A DNA stretch of 64,000 nt from an uncultured virus (IMG/VR IMGVR_UViG_3300025168_000065). Lineage: Duplodnaviria > Heunggongvirae > Uroviricota > Caudoviricetes > Crassvirales. The stretch's first letter is position 1; each line of letters opens with the position of its first letter. This document shows positions 1 to 10,111 of this stretch, one piece after another. The stretch lies in the IMG/VR virus record IMGVR_UViG_3300025168_000065; one strand, 5' to 3'. Under the pieces are notes generated by a model, which searched no databases, was not told the DNA's origin, and was given only the letters and a program-made list of their open reading frames with translations. The position numbers and the translations under genes are program-made.

Positions 1-9
1 TAAATAGAT

Positions 10-375
10 ATGAAAGATAATAAAATATGTGAATGCACATCCCCACAATTAGATGATGGGATATGTATATGTGGAAACCCTATTAACAACGAATTTGATT
101 GGTGTAATGATAGTGGATATAATGATGTGTTTCATAATGAGGTATCCGATCCAAAAGAATGGATGGAAATTAAAAGACATCCAAAAGACAGAGGATATGG
201 TTACAAGAAATCATATAACTATGAGCAATCAATATCTGAACACGAAGAGTTAAAGAAACAATTACCTCAATTTATTAAAGAGGGAATACAATTTGCAATA
301 ATAATTGGTATTTTACTTATGTTTGTTGCGTTTGTTATCATTCAGATAATCAAGTTGTTACATATTATATTGTAG
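10..375 (+). CDS. hypothetical protein with C-terminal transmembrane helix
   Basis: 121-aa ORF with Cys pairs at the N-terminus and hydrophobic FAIIIGILLMFVAFVIIQII near the C-terminus. Confidence 0.6.
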   Translation: MKDNKICECTSPQLDDGICICGNPINNEFDWCNDSGYNDVFHNEVSDPKEWMEIKRHPKDRGYGYKKSYNYEQSISEHEELKKQLPQFIKEGIQFAIIIGILLMFVAFVIIQIIKLLHIIL

Positions 376-391
376 AAAGATTGTATAAAAC

Positions 392-422
392 TTGTATAAG
401 TAATTTATATTACTTATTTTTG
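392..422 (+). promoter_or_regulatory. Bacteroidota sigma70-type promoter (TTG...TAnnTTTG)
   Basis: TTG at about 392 and TATTTTTG at 415-422, in the intergenic gap upstream of ORF 456. Confidence 0.55.
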
Positions 423-455
423 CAGAGAATTAAATTAAATTAAATAAATAGAATT

Positions 456-779
456 ATGAGAAAAACAATTGACAGAAACAGAGTAATCATTCCACAAGAT
501 GAATGGTTAGAAAACATCCAACAAGAGATAGATAAAACTAATGGGAAATTCTTCTCAGCAGTATTTGAAAAGAGTGATGGTACGATCCGTAAGATGCTTT
601 GCAGAACGGGAGTACACAAAGGATTAAGTGGTAAAGGATTAAAGTACAATGCAAGAGAAAGAGGTAATGTAATTGTATGGGATGTACAAAAAGCTGGTCA
701 TAGAACAATACCATTAAGAAGATTAATTGACTTAAAAGTCAACAAGAAAGATTATATTAATTCACTATTACCATTTTAA
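456..779 (+). CDS. phage SH3/Sm-like fold small protein
   Basis: F.KSDGTIRKMLCRTGV.K and VWDVQKAGHRTI motifs resemble a widespread phage SH3-like family. Confidence 0.6.
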   Translation: MRKTIDRNRVIIPQDEWLENIQQEIDKTNGKFFSAVFEKSDGTIRKMLCRTGVHKGLSGKGLKYNARERGNVIVWDVQKAGHRTIPLRRLIDLKVNKKDYINSLLPF

Positions 780-780
780 T

Positions 781-1263
781 ATGAAAAAGAAATTAGAATT
801 TGCTTTAGAGTTTGGAGGATTTTATCATTCTTGGCATTCAGAAAGAATAGACAATGATATTGAGATGTATGATTATGACTGGGAAGAGATTGACTATAAA
901 AAAACACACAATAATTATTGTAAAGGATTATTAGAAAGTGTAAATAATGAATTAGATATGAACTTAGAGTTTGTTGAGTTAGATAGTCCAAGAGAATATA
1001 ACTTTACAACTGATAAGATTATAACATCAATACCACACAAAGAGTTTACCGATCTAAAAAAAGAGTATGTAAACAATAGTGAGTTTGTAGAATGGATCAA
1101 TGAAGAAAGTAAAAGTAGAGATGGATTCCATAGCTTCTACTCTGGCTTAGATGCTATAATAAAAGAAGATGCTATATTACTACAATATATATTTAAGTAT
1201 ATTAATATAGAAAATAGTACAATAGATTTAGAATTTGAATATGAATTAGAATTACTCAATTAA
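781..1263 (+). CDS. acidic hypothetical phage protein
   Basis: 160-aa ORF tightly packed in the operon; FGGFY and SRDGFHSFY motifs. Confidence 0.7.
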   Translation: MKKKLEFALEFGGFYHSWHSERIDNDIEMYDYDWEEIDYKKTHNNYCKGLLESVNNELDMNLEFVELDSPREYNFTTDKIITSIPHKEFTDLKKEYVNNSEFVEWINEESKSRDGFHSFYSGLDAIIKEDAILLQYIFKYINIENSTIDLEFEYELELLN

Positions 1264-1274
1264 ATAAAATAATT

Positions 1275-1799
1275 ATGAAAGAGAAAGAAAGCTCAGAATT
1301 ACACCATCGTTTAGAGATGGTACAAGATGATGTTAAAGCATTGTTAAAACATTTGGAAGATGGTAAGAGTATGAAAGAACAAACTAAGTATGTAGATGAT
1401 GGGTATACTCATCTGAATCAACCTTTCTTTGAAGATCCGTTTTCTGGAAAAGATTTGACAATGAATAGAGAACTAACATACAATAAATGGATAAAGTATA
1501 TCCATGATTATCAATTAAATAAAAATAAAAAAATGAAAGTAAAAATTATGCAAAGAAGTGTATATCATAAATATGCTGAAATAGAAATTGAAGTACCTAA
1601 TTTAATAGATTATGAATCAGAAATACATGATTATCTAACAAATAATGAAGATTTATGGGCTGATCAAATGGATGCAAAGTTTGAAGAGTCAGAATATGAG
1701 TTTGGAAGTGGAGTACATGATTACGAGGGTATGAATGAATCAAATTCAGACAGCGAATGGAGATTTCAATGTCCCAATGGATATGGAGGACACTTATAG
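1275..1799 (+). CDS. hypothetical protein, apparently a composite of modules (internal starts at 1461 and 1533)
   Basis: ORF contains a 24-codon segment duplicated at 63234; A-rich initiation region before ATG 1533. Confidence 0.6.
   Translation: MKEKESSELHHRLEMVQDDVKALLKHLEDGKSMKEQTKYVDDGYTHLNQPFFEDPFSGKDLTMNRELTYNKWIKYIHDYQLNKNKKMKVKIMQRSVYHKYAEIEIEVPNLIDYESEIHDYLTNNEDLWADQMDAKFEESEYEFGSGVHDYEGMNESNSDSEWRFQCPNGYGGHL
1460..1530 (+). repeat. 71-bp dispersed repeat, copy 1 (copy 2 at 63233-63303)
   Basis: Direct alignment shows 2 mismatches, both synonymous in the MNRELTYNKWIKYIHDYQLNKNK frame. Confidence 0.95.
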
Positions 1800-1800
1800 T

Positions 1801-2079
1801 ATGAAAGATCTTACTCAAAACTTAATTGCAGAAGTAAAGCAACAAAATTTTTTAGAAGATCTTTGGAGACAAAATACCATAGAGTTTGATCATTACTTTA
1901 AGTATAGTGGTAAGGTAGAAAAATCTACTGAAACTTATAGTAGTTATGAAAACAATATACTGGAGTTTGATAAGTTTCATAAGAAAAACAGACATAAGAT
2001 AGTAAGAAAAAGACAGAGATATACAAAAATTTTAAAAAAACAAAAATCAAAAGAATATAAACTATATAAAATTAAATAA
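1801..2079 (+). CDS. hypothetical protein
   Basis: ORF track 1735..2079; ATG 1801 directly after the upstream stop is the more likely start. Confidence 0.6.
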   Translation: MKDLTQNLIAEVKQQNFLEDLWRQNTIEFDHYFKYSGKVEKSTETYSSYENNILEFDKFHKKNRHKIVRKRQRYTKILKKQKSKEYKLYKIK

Positions 2080-2080
2080 A

Positions 2081-2458
2081 ATGGGATACAGAAGTAAAGT
2101 AATTATTGGAGTAAAAAATGGTAAACGATCAAATGAATTTGATAACATACTAAGAAAACATGATTTTAATACAAAAGATAATGTTATGTTAAAAAAGGAT
2201 GATTGTCTAAAAATACATACCGAAAATGATGGAATGAAATTTTATACATTTGATTATATTAAATGGTATGAATCAGATGATTGGTGTAAAGAGATTATGG
2301 ATTGGTTAGAAAAACAAGATGATCAAACTATTGATAGGCAAGATGGATTTCAAAATGTGTTTTGTATAGGTCTTGGAGAAGATGGCCAAATGCATTCTGA
2401 GATAGGAGATCCTTATGAGTATGTAGAACAAATTAGTGAAATTAACTTAATAGATTAA
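2081..2458 (+). CDS. hypothetical phage protein (MGYRS-start type)
   Basis: MGYRS N-terminus, IKWY and IGLGED motifs; operon packing. Confidence 0.7.
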   Translation: MGYRSKVIIGVKNGKRSNEFDNILRKHDFNTKDNVMLKKDDCLKIHTENDGMKFYTFDYIKWYESDDWCKEIMDWLEKQDDQTIDRQDGFQNVFCIGLGEDGQMHSEIGDPYEYVEQISEINLID

Positions 2459-2463
2459 ATAAA

Positions 2464-2733
2464 ATGGAAAAATTTAAAGTAAAAGTTAATTATTGGGGGG
2501 ATGTGAGCCACCTAACAACGAAAGAAGAGATAAAAAAAACTGAAATTTGGGAAGATACAAAAGAAGAAATCTTTAAAAAATTTGATAAACAAAACAATAG
2601 ATTAAGATATTGCAACGGAAGTTATTTAAAGTTTCAAGATGAATCACTATCATTGGAATATGTGAATTGGTATAATTCTCTTGATAAAAGCACTCAGTTT
2701 GATATGTATTATGGAAATGGGGTAGTAGATTAA
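2464..2733 (+). CDS. hypothetical protein
   Basis: 89-aa ORF, operon packing. Confidence 0.65.
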   Translation: MEKFKVKVNYWGDVSHLTTKEEIKKTEIWEDTKEEIFKKFDKQNNRLRYCNGSYLKFQDESLSLEYVNWYNSLDKSTQFDMYYGNGVVD

Positions 2734-2750
2734 TTTATAAAATAAATAAA

Positions 2751-3050
2751 ATGGATATGAAAACAGAATACTTAATAAAACAAATAGGTAAAGAGGTAAT
2801 AGATTTATTACTGGAAAAGAATAAAGCATACGGAGATACTGCAAATGATCCTCCTAAAATATTTTCTAAACTATCTGCTAAAGAGGGAATACTGGCAAGA
2901 ATAGATGATAAGCTAAGTAGGATCAAGCAAGTAGGCATCAATGATAAAACAGAGGATACAATGCTTGATCTAATTGGATACCTTATACTATATAGAGTTC
3001 AGATAAAAAAAGATGCTTGGAAAAATATTGATTATTCTATAAAGAAATAA
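2751..3050 (+). CDS. DUF1599 / nucleotide-modification-associated domain 1-like all-alpha protein, copy 1
   Basis: EKNKAYGD, RIDDKLSRI and EDTMLDLIGY motifs. Confidence 0.75.
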   Translation: MDMKTEYLIKQIGKEVIDLLLEKNKAYGDTANDPPKIFSKLSAKEGILARIDDKLSRIKQVGINDKTEDTMLDLIGYLILYRVQIKKDAWKNIDYSIKK

Positions 3051-3118
3051 AAATAAGTTAAACATAATTTGGTCAAGTAATACTAAAGTATTATCTTAGC
3101 CCCCTAATTAAATTAAAT

Positions 3119-3412
3119 ATGAAAAAAGATATTTTTGATGGTTATGCAATAGCAATAGCCAAGCAGTTTCATCTGACACTTGATCAGATGTTTGATAAAA
3201 CAAAGAAGAGAGAAATAGTAGATGCAAGACAAATGCTATACTACTTATGTATGGAAAGACCTATTAGAATTTCTTATATCCAAAGGTTTATGGAAGAGCA
3301 AGGGCATAGTGTTGCTCACTCTACAATAATACATGGATATAAAAAAGCAAAAGAACTTATTGATAAGGATAAAGATTTCTTAGAAGTAGTGAGTAAACTA
3401 CAAAATGTATAG
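3119..3412 (+). CDS. DnaA C-terminal (domain IV-like) HTH protein
   Basis: KREIVDARQMLYYL and HSTIIHG match the Bac_DnaA_C pattern. Confidence 0.8.
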   Translation: MKKDIFDGYAIAIAKQFHLTLDQMFDKTKKREIVDARQMLYYLCMERPIRISYIQRFMEEQGHSVAHSTIIHGYKKAKELIDKDKDFLEVVSKLQNV

Positions 3413-3818
3413 TATAGAGCAAATTTTTATACAAGCATTAGAAGATCCCTCAGCATATAATATTGATAATAGTAGTATTGTAAATTATGGAGTAAAAATC
3501 CAAAAGTTTTTTTCTAAAACTGAGATACTTAATTGCAGTAAGAATGGAGATTATTTCCAAGAATGTAATAAAGAGGAATACGAATTGTTTTTTATACATG
3601 GCTGGAAGAAAGGTGCAATAAAATTATCTATGATGAATTACAAAAGGAAATTAGATATTATAGAGTGGAAGATTAAGGAAGAAGTAAACACAAGAAAGAA
3701 CGACAAGCATATAAAAAAATTAAAATCAACAAGAGAAAACCTCCTTGTAAAGTATACAAAGAGAATTAAACAATTAAATAAAATCAAAACAAATGGAAAA
3801 GAAGAAGAACATCTTTAA
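3405..3818 (+). CDS. hypothetical protein
   Basis: 137-aa ORF overlapping both neighbours. Confidence 0.65.
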   Translation: MYSIEQIFIQALEDPSAYNIDNSSIVNYGVKIQKFFSKTEILNCSKNGDYFQECNKEEYELFFIHGWKKGAIKLSMMNYKRKLDIIEWKIKEEVNTRKNDKHIKKLKSTRENLLVKYTKRIKQLNKIKTNGKEEEHL

Positions 3819-4401
3819 GGATTTATCATCCATATCCGTAAAGGATAAAACTGAAAAGAAAGGAAAGTTTAGTTATTTATCATGGGCTACTGCGTGGAGT
3901 ATGATTAAGAATGAGTACCCTAATGCACAAAGAAAGGTATATGAAAGTGAGCATACTGGACTTAACTTTTTTACTGATGGTAAATCTGCATATGTTAAGG
4001 TAGGTATTATAATAAATGATATGGAACATATTGATTACCTACCAGTAATGGACTATCGTAATAATTCTATACCTATTGAAAAGGTTTCTTCTATGGATGT
4101 AAACACTGCAATACAAAGATCAACTGCTAAAGCAATTGCTATGCATGGTTTAGGATTAAGTTTATGGATTGGTGAGGATACTATATCTGTAGTGAAAGCA
4201 CCTCAACCAGTAAGTAAAACTCCTACTCCTAAAGTATCTAAAAAAATAACCTTAGATATTGGAGATGCAAATTGGAGTAAGGTTCTTAATTACATTGGAT
4301 CTAATAAAGAGTTAGGATTACCTAAGATTGTAAAGAATTTAGAGGCAAAGTATAATATCAAGGCAGTAGTTAAGAAAGAATTATCTAAAGCTATAAAATA
4401 A
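3793..4401 (+). CDS. Sak/DUF1071-type single-strand annealing protein
   Basis: YLSWATAW, LPVMDYRN and AKAIAMHGLGLSLWIGED motifs. Confidence 0.85.
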   Translation: MEKKKNIFKDLSSISVKDKTEKKGKFSYLSWATAWSMIKNEYPNAQRKVYESEHTGLNFFTDGKSAYVKVGIIINDMEHIDYLPVMDYRNNSIPIEKVSSMDVNTAIQRSTAKAIAMHGLGLSLWIGEDTISVVKAPQPVSKTPTPKVSKKITLDIGDANWSKVLNYIGSNKELGLPKIVKNLEAKYNIKAVVKKELSKAIK

Positions 4402-5138
4402 TGTTAAATCTACTAAAAAAATTAGAGGATGATAAGCATTACTATGGTGAGTTTGGTCAGCAATACTTATCTAATTCAGACATAATTACATTACTTAATG
4501 ATCCTAAAAGTTTTAGACAACCAAAGGATATAACTAAAGCAATGTTAATTGGGAGATACTTTCATACTGCTATGTTAGAGCCAGAGAAAGTAGGAAGTAG
4601 TGAATTTATAGGGATAGATGCATCAAGTAGAAATACTAAAAAGTATAAAGAAGAAATTCTTGAGCATGGTAGAGATATTATGATGCTACAAAAAGAAAAA
4701 GATCAAACGGATAAGGCTATTGCTACTATGAATAATAACTTAGAATTCTATGAGGCAATCTATGATGAAGAAAATAGATACGAAATACCAGCAATTCATG
4801 AAGTTATGGGAATAGAATGGAAAGGCAAGGCAGATATAGTAGGTAAAGATATTTTAATAGATCTTAAAACTACATCTAACATTAAAGACTTTAAGTATAG
4901 TGCAAGGAAATATAACTATGATAGTCAAGCCTACCTATATCAACAATTTTTTGATAAACCCTTAGTGTTTTATGTGGTAGATAAAATGACATTTGAGTTA
5001 GGTATATACTATCCATCAGAAACATTCTTACAGTATGGTAAGGAAAAAGTAGAGAAAGCAATACAAGTGTATAACAAATTTTATATTAAAGATGCTGAAG
5101 AAGATATTGAATCGTATATTATTAAAGAAACACTTTAA
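4401..5138 (+). CDS. RecE/exonuclease VIII-like PD-(D/E)XK nuclease (DUF3799-like)
   Basis: LSNS, GRYFHTAMLEP, KGKADIV, IDLKTT and YDSQAYLY motifs; adjacent to the annealase. Confidence 0.85.
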   Translation: MLNLLKKLEDDKHYYGEFGQQYLSNSDIITLLNDPKSFRQPKDITKAMLIGRYFHTAMLEPEKVGSSEFIGIDASSRNTKKYKEEILEHGRDIMMLQKEKDQTDKAIATMNNNLEFYEAIYDEENRYEIPAIHEVMGIEWKGKADIVGKDILIDLKTTSNIKDFKYSARKYNYDSQAYLYQQFFDKPLVFYVVDKMTFELGIYYPSETFLQYGKEKVEKAIQVYNKFYIKDAEEDIESYIIKETL

Positions 5139-5256
5139 TAAAAAGAAAAGTGTGGTGTGGTTGCAAATTCCAACCGACCTCAACACACAAGCTGAAAGGG
5201 ATAATCTCATGGAGGCTACAATGAATCAGTTGGAAAAAATTATTTATAAAAATTAA
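5092..5256 (+). CDS. small hypothetical protein (54 aa, not in ORF track)
   Basis: MLKKILNRILLKKHFNKKKSVVWLQIPTDLN...; fills the gap and stops 3 nt before the SSB start. Confidence 0.5.
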   Translation: MLKKILNRILLKKHFNKKKSVVWLQIPTDLNTQAERDNLMEATMNQLEKIIYKN

Positions 5257-5259
5257 ATT

Positions 5260-5520
5260 ATGGCAGAAGAAAAAATCTATGTAGGAAACGGAACATCAAA
5301 GTTTGATGGAAACATGATCTCATGTAGCATATGTTTAACAGACTTACCTCAAGAGCATATGTTTGAGTACAACGGTAAGAAGTACATTAAATTAAATGTA
5401 TCGGCTAAAAGAGATGGTGCTGATGAGTATGGTAAAACACATTACTTAGCAGTAGACACTTATAAGCCAGAACCAAAGAAAGAAACTGCGCCAGAAGAAG
5501 GTGAGGATCTACCTTTCTAA
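5260..5520 (+). CDS. single-stranded DNA-binding protein-like
   Basis: Acidic C-terminal tail EEGEDLPF; position after annealase and exonuclease. Confidence 0.75.
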   Translation: MAEEKIYVGNGTSKFDGNMISCSICLTDLPQEHMFEYNGKKYIKLNVSAKRDGADEYGKTHYLAVDTYKPEPKKETAPEEGEDLPF

Positions 5521-5537
5521 ATTGGTAAAAAGGAATT

Positions 5538-5567
5538 AGAAGAGGGGCTTCGTGTCCCTTTTCTTTT
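5538..5567 (+). terminator. intrinsic terminator after SSB
   Basis: agaagagggg-cttcgtg-tcccttttct hairpin with T-rich tail. Confidence 0.65.
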
Positions 5568-5576
5568 CACTAATAT

Positions 5577-5750
5577 ATGACGAGATGACGACTTTACTTG
5601 TAAATTATATACTCTTTATATATTAAACCTAAACTAACTTTATTTATATATATATATATATATATTTCTTATCATATTGTCATAAAAAAAGAATATATAA
5701 GTAGTAGTTAGTAAAAAAAAGTTAAAATAAAGTTGTCATAAAGTTGACAT
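5577..5750. promoter_or_regulatory. origin-like locus A: ATGAC-core iterons around a (TA)n tract
   Basis: ATGACGAGATGACGACTTTA at 5577-5596; inverted TTGTCAT/GTTGTCAT/GTTGACAT copies at 5677-5750; (TA)n about 5645-5665; directly upstream of the primase-helicase. Confidence 0.6.
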
Positions 5751-5772
5751 AACACAACATAAATCAAATCAA

Positions 5773-8163
5773 ATGGAAATAACAATATTTAAAGATATTA
5801 AAGATACTGCTCAACCTTTTTATAGAGATGTATCAAAGATATTAGAAAGAATTCAATCAGGAGCATCCCAAGACATAGTAAAGTCAATAAGGGTAGAGAA
5901 AGACAAAGAAATAAGAAACCAATTAAAGCAATCATTACCAGCTATATGTTTTAGTGGTAAATTTACAAAAAGAAATGATGTATCATTAAGTCAGCATAGT
6001 GGATTAATATGTTTGGACTTTGATAATTTTCCTTCAGAGAAGTTAATGCTGGAAGAAAAACAAGTTATATCTAAAGATAGATATACATACTCAGTATTTA
6101 TTTCACCAAGTGGATTAGGCTTGAAGGTATTAGTTAAGATACCAGCTGAGTCAGACACACATAAACAATTTTTTAATTCATTACAACATCATTTTAGTAG
6201 TGAGTATTTTGATATATCATGTAAGAATGTATCAAGAGTATGTTATGAATCATATGATCCATTGATATATATTAATGAGCAGTCAAGTGTTTTTAATCAG
6301 ATTATTGAGCAAGAATACCAAGAAGTTATTAAGCATAAAGATGTACAGACTATACCAATTACAGATGAAAATAAGATAGTAGATATTCTTTTAAAGTGGT
6401 GGGAAAGAAAGTACGGACTAAATAGTGGAGAAAGAAATCAAAATGTATTTATATTAGCCTCAGCATTTAATGACTTTGGAGTTAACAAAACTTTAGCAGA
6501 ATATGTTATGGGTAATTTTGCAAGTAAAGATTTTTCTCAAAGCGAAATTAAAAGAACTATTAATTCAGCATATAAGCAAGTACAAAACTTTGGTACTAAA
6601 TATTATGAGGATGAAGAAAAGGTTAATAATGTAAAAAGGAAATTAAGAAAGGGGGCAACTGCCTCTGAAATTAAATCCGAGATTGCAGAGGACTTAAATG
6701 TTGAGGATAATGTTTTAGATAATGTAGTAAGAAGATTAGAGGAAGAACAAGACAAACAAAAATTTTGGACTAAGAGTGAAAAGGGAGTAGTTAAAATAAT
6801 TCATATTGCCTTTAAAGATTTCTTAGAGGATAATGGATTCTATAAATTTAATCCAGAAGGAAGTAAGAACTATGTATTTGTTAGGGTAACTAACAACTTA
6901 ATAGACCATACATCTGAAAAAGAAATAAAGGATTTTGTTTTAAGTTTCTTATTAGATGTAGATGATAAGAGTATATATAATTATTTTGCTGAAAGTGTAA
7001 AGTATTTTAGAGAAGAGTTTCTTACATTATTAGGATCTATTAATGTTTATTTTGTAGCCGACACTAAGGATACTGCTTACCTTTATTATACTAATTGTGC
7101 AGTTAAGATTACTAAAAACGAAATAGTACCTATTGATTATTTAGATTTAGGAGGATATGTTTGGAAGGACCATGTTATTGATAGGGTTTTTGATGTTTGT
7201 GATGTTACTGATTGTGATTTTCAAACCTTTATATCTAATATATCTGGAGGAAACGAAAAAAGAACTAAGTCCATGGAGTCTACTATGGGTTATCTCTTGC
7301 ATGGTTGGAAAAATTTATCTTACTGCCCAGCTACCATACTGAATGATGAGGTTATATCAGATAATCCAGAAGGAGGAACGGGTAAAGGTTTGTTTATGAA
7401 TGGATTGTCTCACATGAAAAAGTTAGTAGTTATAGATGGTAAGTCATTTAACTTTGATAAATCATTTGCTTATCAATTAGTTTCTGCTGATACTCAGATC
7501 CTTTGCTTTGATGATGTAAAGAAACATTTTGACTTTGAGAGATTGTTTAGTGTAGTTACCGAAGGATTAACTCTTGAGAAGAAAAATAAAGACTCAATTA
7601 AAATACCATTTAGTAAATCTCCAAAGGTAGCAATCACTACGAACTATGCTATTAAAGGTAAGGGTAATTCATTTGCGAGAAGAAAGTGGGAATTAGAACT
7701 TAGTCAGTTTTATACCAAAGAGTTTACTCCTCTTGTAGAGTTTGGTAAACTAATGTTTGGAGAGTGGAATGATAATGACTGGTGTCAGTTTGATAACTAC
7801 ATGATCACTTGCCTACAATTACATTTAGATAAAGGATTATTAAAGAGCGACTTTGTAAACCTTAAGACTCGTGTATTATCTGCAGATACTTGTCATGAAT
7901 TTATTGAGTGGTGTGGAGTTATTGATGGAATGAAAAACCCTAAATTAGTTGAGAATAATAGAATATATTCTAATGATTTATATATGGACTTTATTAATGA
8001 GTACCCAGATTACGGACCTAAAGCTAAATTAACTGTGAGCAGAATAAAGTTTGGTAAATGGCTTATGTCTTACGGAACTTATAAATACGACTGCAATCCT
8101 TTAGAGGGTAAAGATATGTTGGGTAAGTGGATAGAATACAGAGACAATGATGATAAAGTTTAG
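5773..8163 (+). CDS. primase-helicase (BT4734/VirE-N-like primase domain, PriCT-like region, SF3-like P-loop helicase)
   Basis: LPAICFSGKF, HSGLICLDFD, FISPSGLGLKV, GERN, Walker A GGTGKG and Walker B ILCFDD. Confidence 0.88.
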   Translation: MEITIFKDIKDTAQPFYRDVSKILERIQSGASQDIVKSIRVEKDKEIRNQLKQSLPAICFSGKFTKRNDVSLSQHSGLICLDFDNFPSEKLMLEEKQVISKDRYTYSVFISPSGLGLKVLVKIPAESDTHKQFFNSLQHHFSSEYFDISCKNVSRVCYESYDPLIYINEQSSVFNQIIEQEYQEVIKHKDVQTIPITDENKIVDILLKWWERKYGLNSGERNQNVFILASAFNDFGVNKTLAEYVMGNFASKDFSQSEIKRTINSAYKQVQNFGTKYYEDEEKVNNVKRKLRKGATASEIKSEIAEDLNVEDNVLDNVVRRLEEEQDKQKFWTKSEKGVVKIIHIAFKDFLEDNGFYKFNPEGSKNYVFVRVTNNLIDHTSEKEIKDFVLSFLLDVDDKSIYNYFAESVKYFREEFLTLLGSINVYFVADTKDTAYLYYTNCAVKITKNEIVPIDYLDLGGYVWKDHVIDRVFDVCDVTDCDFQTFISNISGGNEKRTKSMESTMGYLLHGWKNLSYCPATILNDEVISDNPEGGTGKGLFMNGLSHMKKLVVIDGKSFNFDKSFAYQLVSADTQILCFDDVKKHFDFERLFSVVTEGLTLEKKNKDSIKIPFSKSPKVAITTNYAIKGKGNSFARRKWELELSQFYTKEFTPLVEFGKLMFGEWNDNDWCQFDNYMITCLQLHLDKGLLKSDFVNLKTRVLSADTCHEFIEWCGVIDGMKNPKLVENNRIYSNDLYMDFINEYPDYGPKAKLTVSRIKFGKWLMSYGTYKYDCNPLEGKDMLGKWIEYRDNDDKV

Positions 8164-9382
8164 AGACTACCAAAAGAATATTATATCTGATGGTGTCGGT
8201 ATAATAAAAAATCATAGATTTCTTTATTTAGCTATGGAGGTTAGAACTGGAAAGACACTAACAAGTTTAGGAATATGTAATGAGATTGAAGCTAAGAAAG
8301 TTTTATTTATAACTAAGAAAAAAGCTATCTCCAGTATTCAAAATGATTATGAATTATTACATCCTCAATTTGAGTTAGAGGTTATAAATTACGAATCATT
8401 ACATAAGGTTAGACAAACTGGATGGGATGTAGTTATATGTGATGAGGCCCATGGTATGGGAGCATTTCCTAAACCAAGTGGAAGATCTAAGAAGGTAAAG
8501 AATATTATATTTAGATCTGATCCTTATGTTATATTGTTAAGTGGAACACCAACACCTGAAGCATACTCTCAAATGTATCATCAAGTATACTTTATACCTA
8601 ACAATCCTTTTGCTCATTATAAAAACTTTTATCAGTTTGCTAATGACTATGTTGGTGTAATTAAAAAGAAGATAGGGGGAATGTATATTAATGATTACTC
8701 TAAGGGAAGTAAAAAAATCATAGAGGCTATGTCTCCTTACACTATTAACTTTAGTCAAAAGGATGCAGGGTTTGTAGTTGAGACTACTGAGCATGTGTTA
8801 GAGGTTGATATTAAACCAGAGACTATTAGATTAATTAATAAATTAAAAAGAGACTTAGTTGTGGAAGGTGAGAGTGAAGTAATACTTGCGGACACTTCGG
8901 TTAAACTAATGACTAAGGTACATCAAATGTGTAGTGGTACTATTAAATTTGAGAGTGGCAACTCTATGATACTGGACCTAAGTAAGGCTGAATTTATAAA
9001 GAAAAAATTCAGAGGATTTAAGATAGGTATTTTTTATAAGTTTAAGGAAGAGTTAAATGCTATTAAAGAAGTTTTTGGTGATGCTATATGTACGGACTTA
9101 GATTGTTTTAATACCACTGATAAAAATATAGCACTTCAAATTGTAAGTGGTAGAGAAGGTATTAGTTTACGAAAGGCTAATGCATTAGTATATTATAATA
9201 TTGACTTTAGTGCTACATCTTATTGGCAATCAAGAGATCGCATGACAACTAAGGATAGACTTAAGAATGATGTGTACTGGATATTTAGTAAAGGAGGTAT
9301 TGAAAAAGATATATATAAAGCGGTAGTTAAGAAGAAAGACTACACCCTTACGCATTTCAAAAGAGATTTTGTAAATTTGTAA
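8147..9382 (+). CDS. SF2 (SNF2-like) helicase
   Basis: VRTGKT, DEAH, LSGTP, GREGISL and QSRDR motifs. Confidence 0.88.
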   Translation: MMIKFRDYQKNIISDGVGIIKNHRFLYLAMEVRTGKTLTSLGICNEIEAKKVLFITKKKAISSIQNDYELLHPQFELEVINYESLHKVRQTGWDVVICDEAHGMGAFPKPSGRSKKVKNIIFRSDPYVILLSGTPTPEAYSQMYHQVYFIPNNPFAHYKNFYQFANDYVGVIKKKIGGMYINDYSKGSKKIIEAMSPYTINFSQKDAGFVVETTEHVLEVDIKPETIRLINKLKRDLVVEGESEVILADTSVKLMTKVHQMCSGTIKFESGNSMILDLSKAEFIKKKFRGFKIGIFYKFKEELNAIKEVFGDAICTDLDCFNTTDKNIALQIVSGREGISLRKANALVYYNIDFSATSYWQSRDRMTTKDRLKNDVYWIFSKGGIEKDIYKAVVKKKDYTLTHFKRDFVNL

Positions 9383-9383
9383 T

Positions 9384-9593
9384 ATGAAAAGGTTTGTTAT
9401 ATTTACACTAATATGGATTAGTCAAAACTTAGCAATACCTTTTTGGGTAGTAGGACATATTCATTTATCTATCCATGATTTCCATGATATAATAGAAATT
9501 ATTTCATCAGTAGGAATGAATATAATAGTATCAGTAGGATTTTATTTAGATTATAAATATGACCGAACAACAAATACAAGCAAAGAGGATTAA
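9384..9593 (+). CDS. small membrane protein
   Basis: Two hydrophobic segments; TAAATTTG box just upstream. Confidence 0.55.
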   Translation: MKRFVIFTLIWISQNLAIPFWVVGHIHLSIHDFHDIIEIISSVGMNIIVSVGFYLDYKYDRTTNTSKED

Positions 9594-9804
9594 GCAACTG
9601 GAGTCGGAAGGATACTATGTTCTTAAGCTAATAAAGACTAATAAGAATGGCATCCCCGACCTCCTTGCAATTCCTCCCGACTGTGATGTATTATTTTCAG
9701 AAGTAAAAAAACCAACAGGTAAATTATCTAAACTACAAGAATACAGACTAAAAGAATTAGAAAAACATGGATGTAAAACCGAAGTATACAGAGGCGGGAT
9801 ATGA
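9559..9804 (+). CDS. VRR-NUC domain nuclease
   Basis: EQQIQ, GIPDLL, EVKKPTGKLSKLQ motifs. Confidence 0.85.
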   Translation: MTEQQIQAKRIKQLESEGYYVLKLIKTNKNGIPDLLAIPPDCDVLFSEVKKPTGKLSKLQEYRLKELEKHGCKTEVYRGGI

Positions 9805-10111
9805 TATTGACGAAGATTTTGTTGAAAGCATTCAGCAATTTGATATCAGAACAGGCCAAAAGATAGCTGAGTTTATACAAAATAATATAAACGATATAGA
9901 GCCTAACATATTAGTTTCTACAGTGTTAGCTGGTGTTATTATAAATGATAATAATAATCCTATTACCTTTGTGGTAGAAATAATAAAAGGTCACTCCCCT
10001 AATATTATATTATCAGACTTAGTACAGATAGATATGAATGAATATCTTGACTTAATAAATTTAAAATCAAATGGAAAGATTAAAAGTAGACGCAATAAAA
10101 AATATAGTTAA
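9767..10111 (+). CDS. hypothetical protein
   Basis: 114-aa ORF in operon. Confidence 0.6.
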   Translation: MDVKPKYTEAGYDIDEDFVESIQQFDIRTGQKIAEFIQNNINDIEPNILVSTVLAGVIINDNNNPITFVVEIIKGHSPNIILSDLVQIDMNEYLDLINLKSNGKIKSRRNKKYS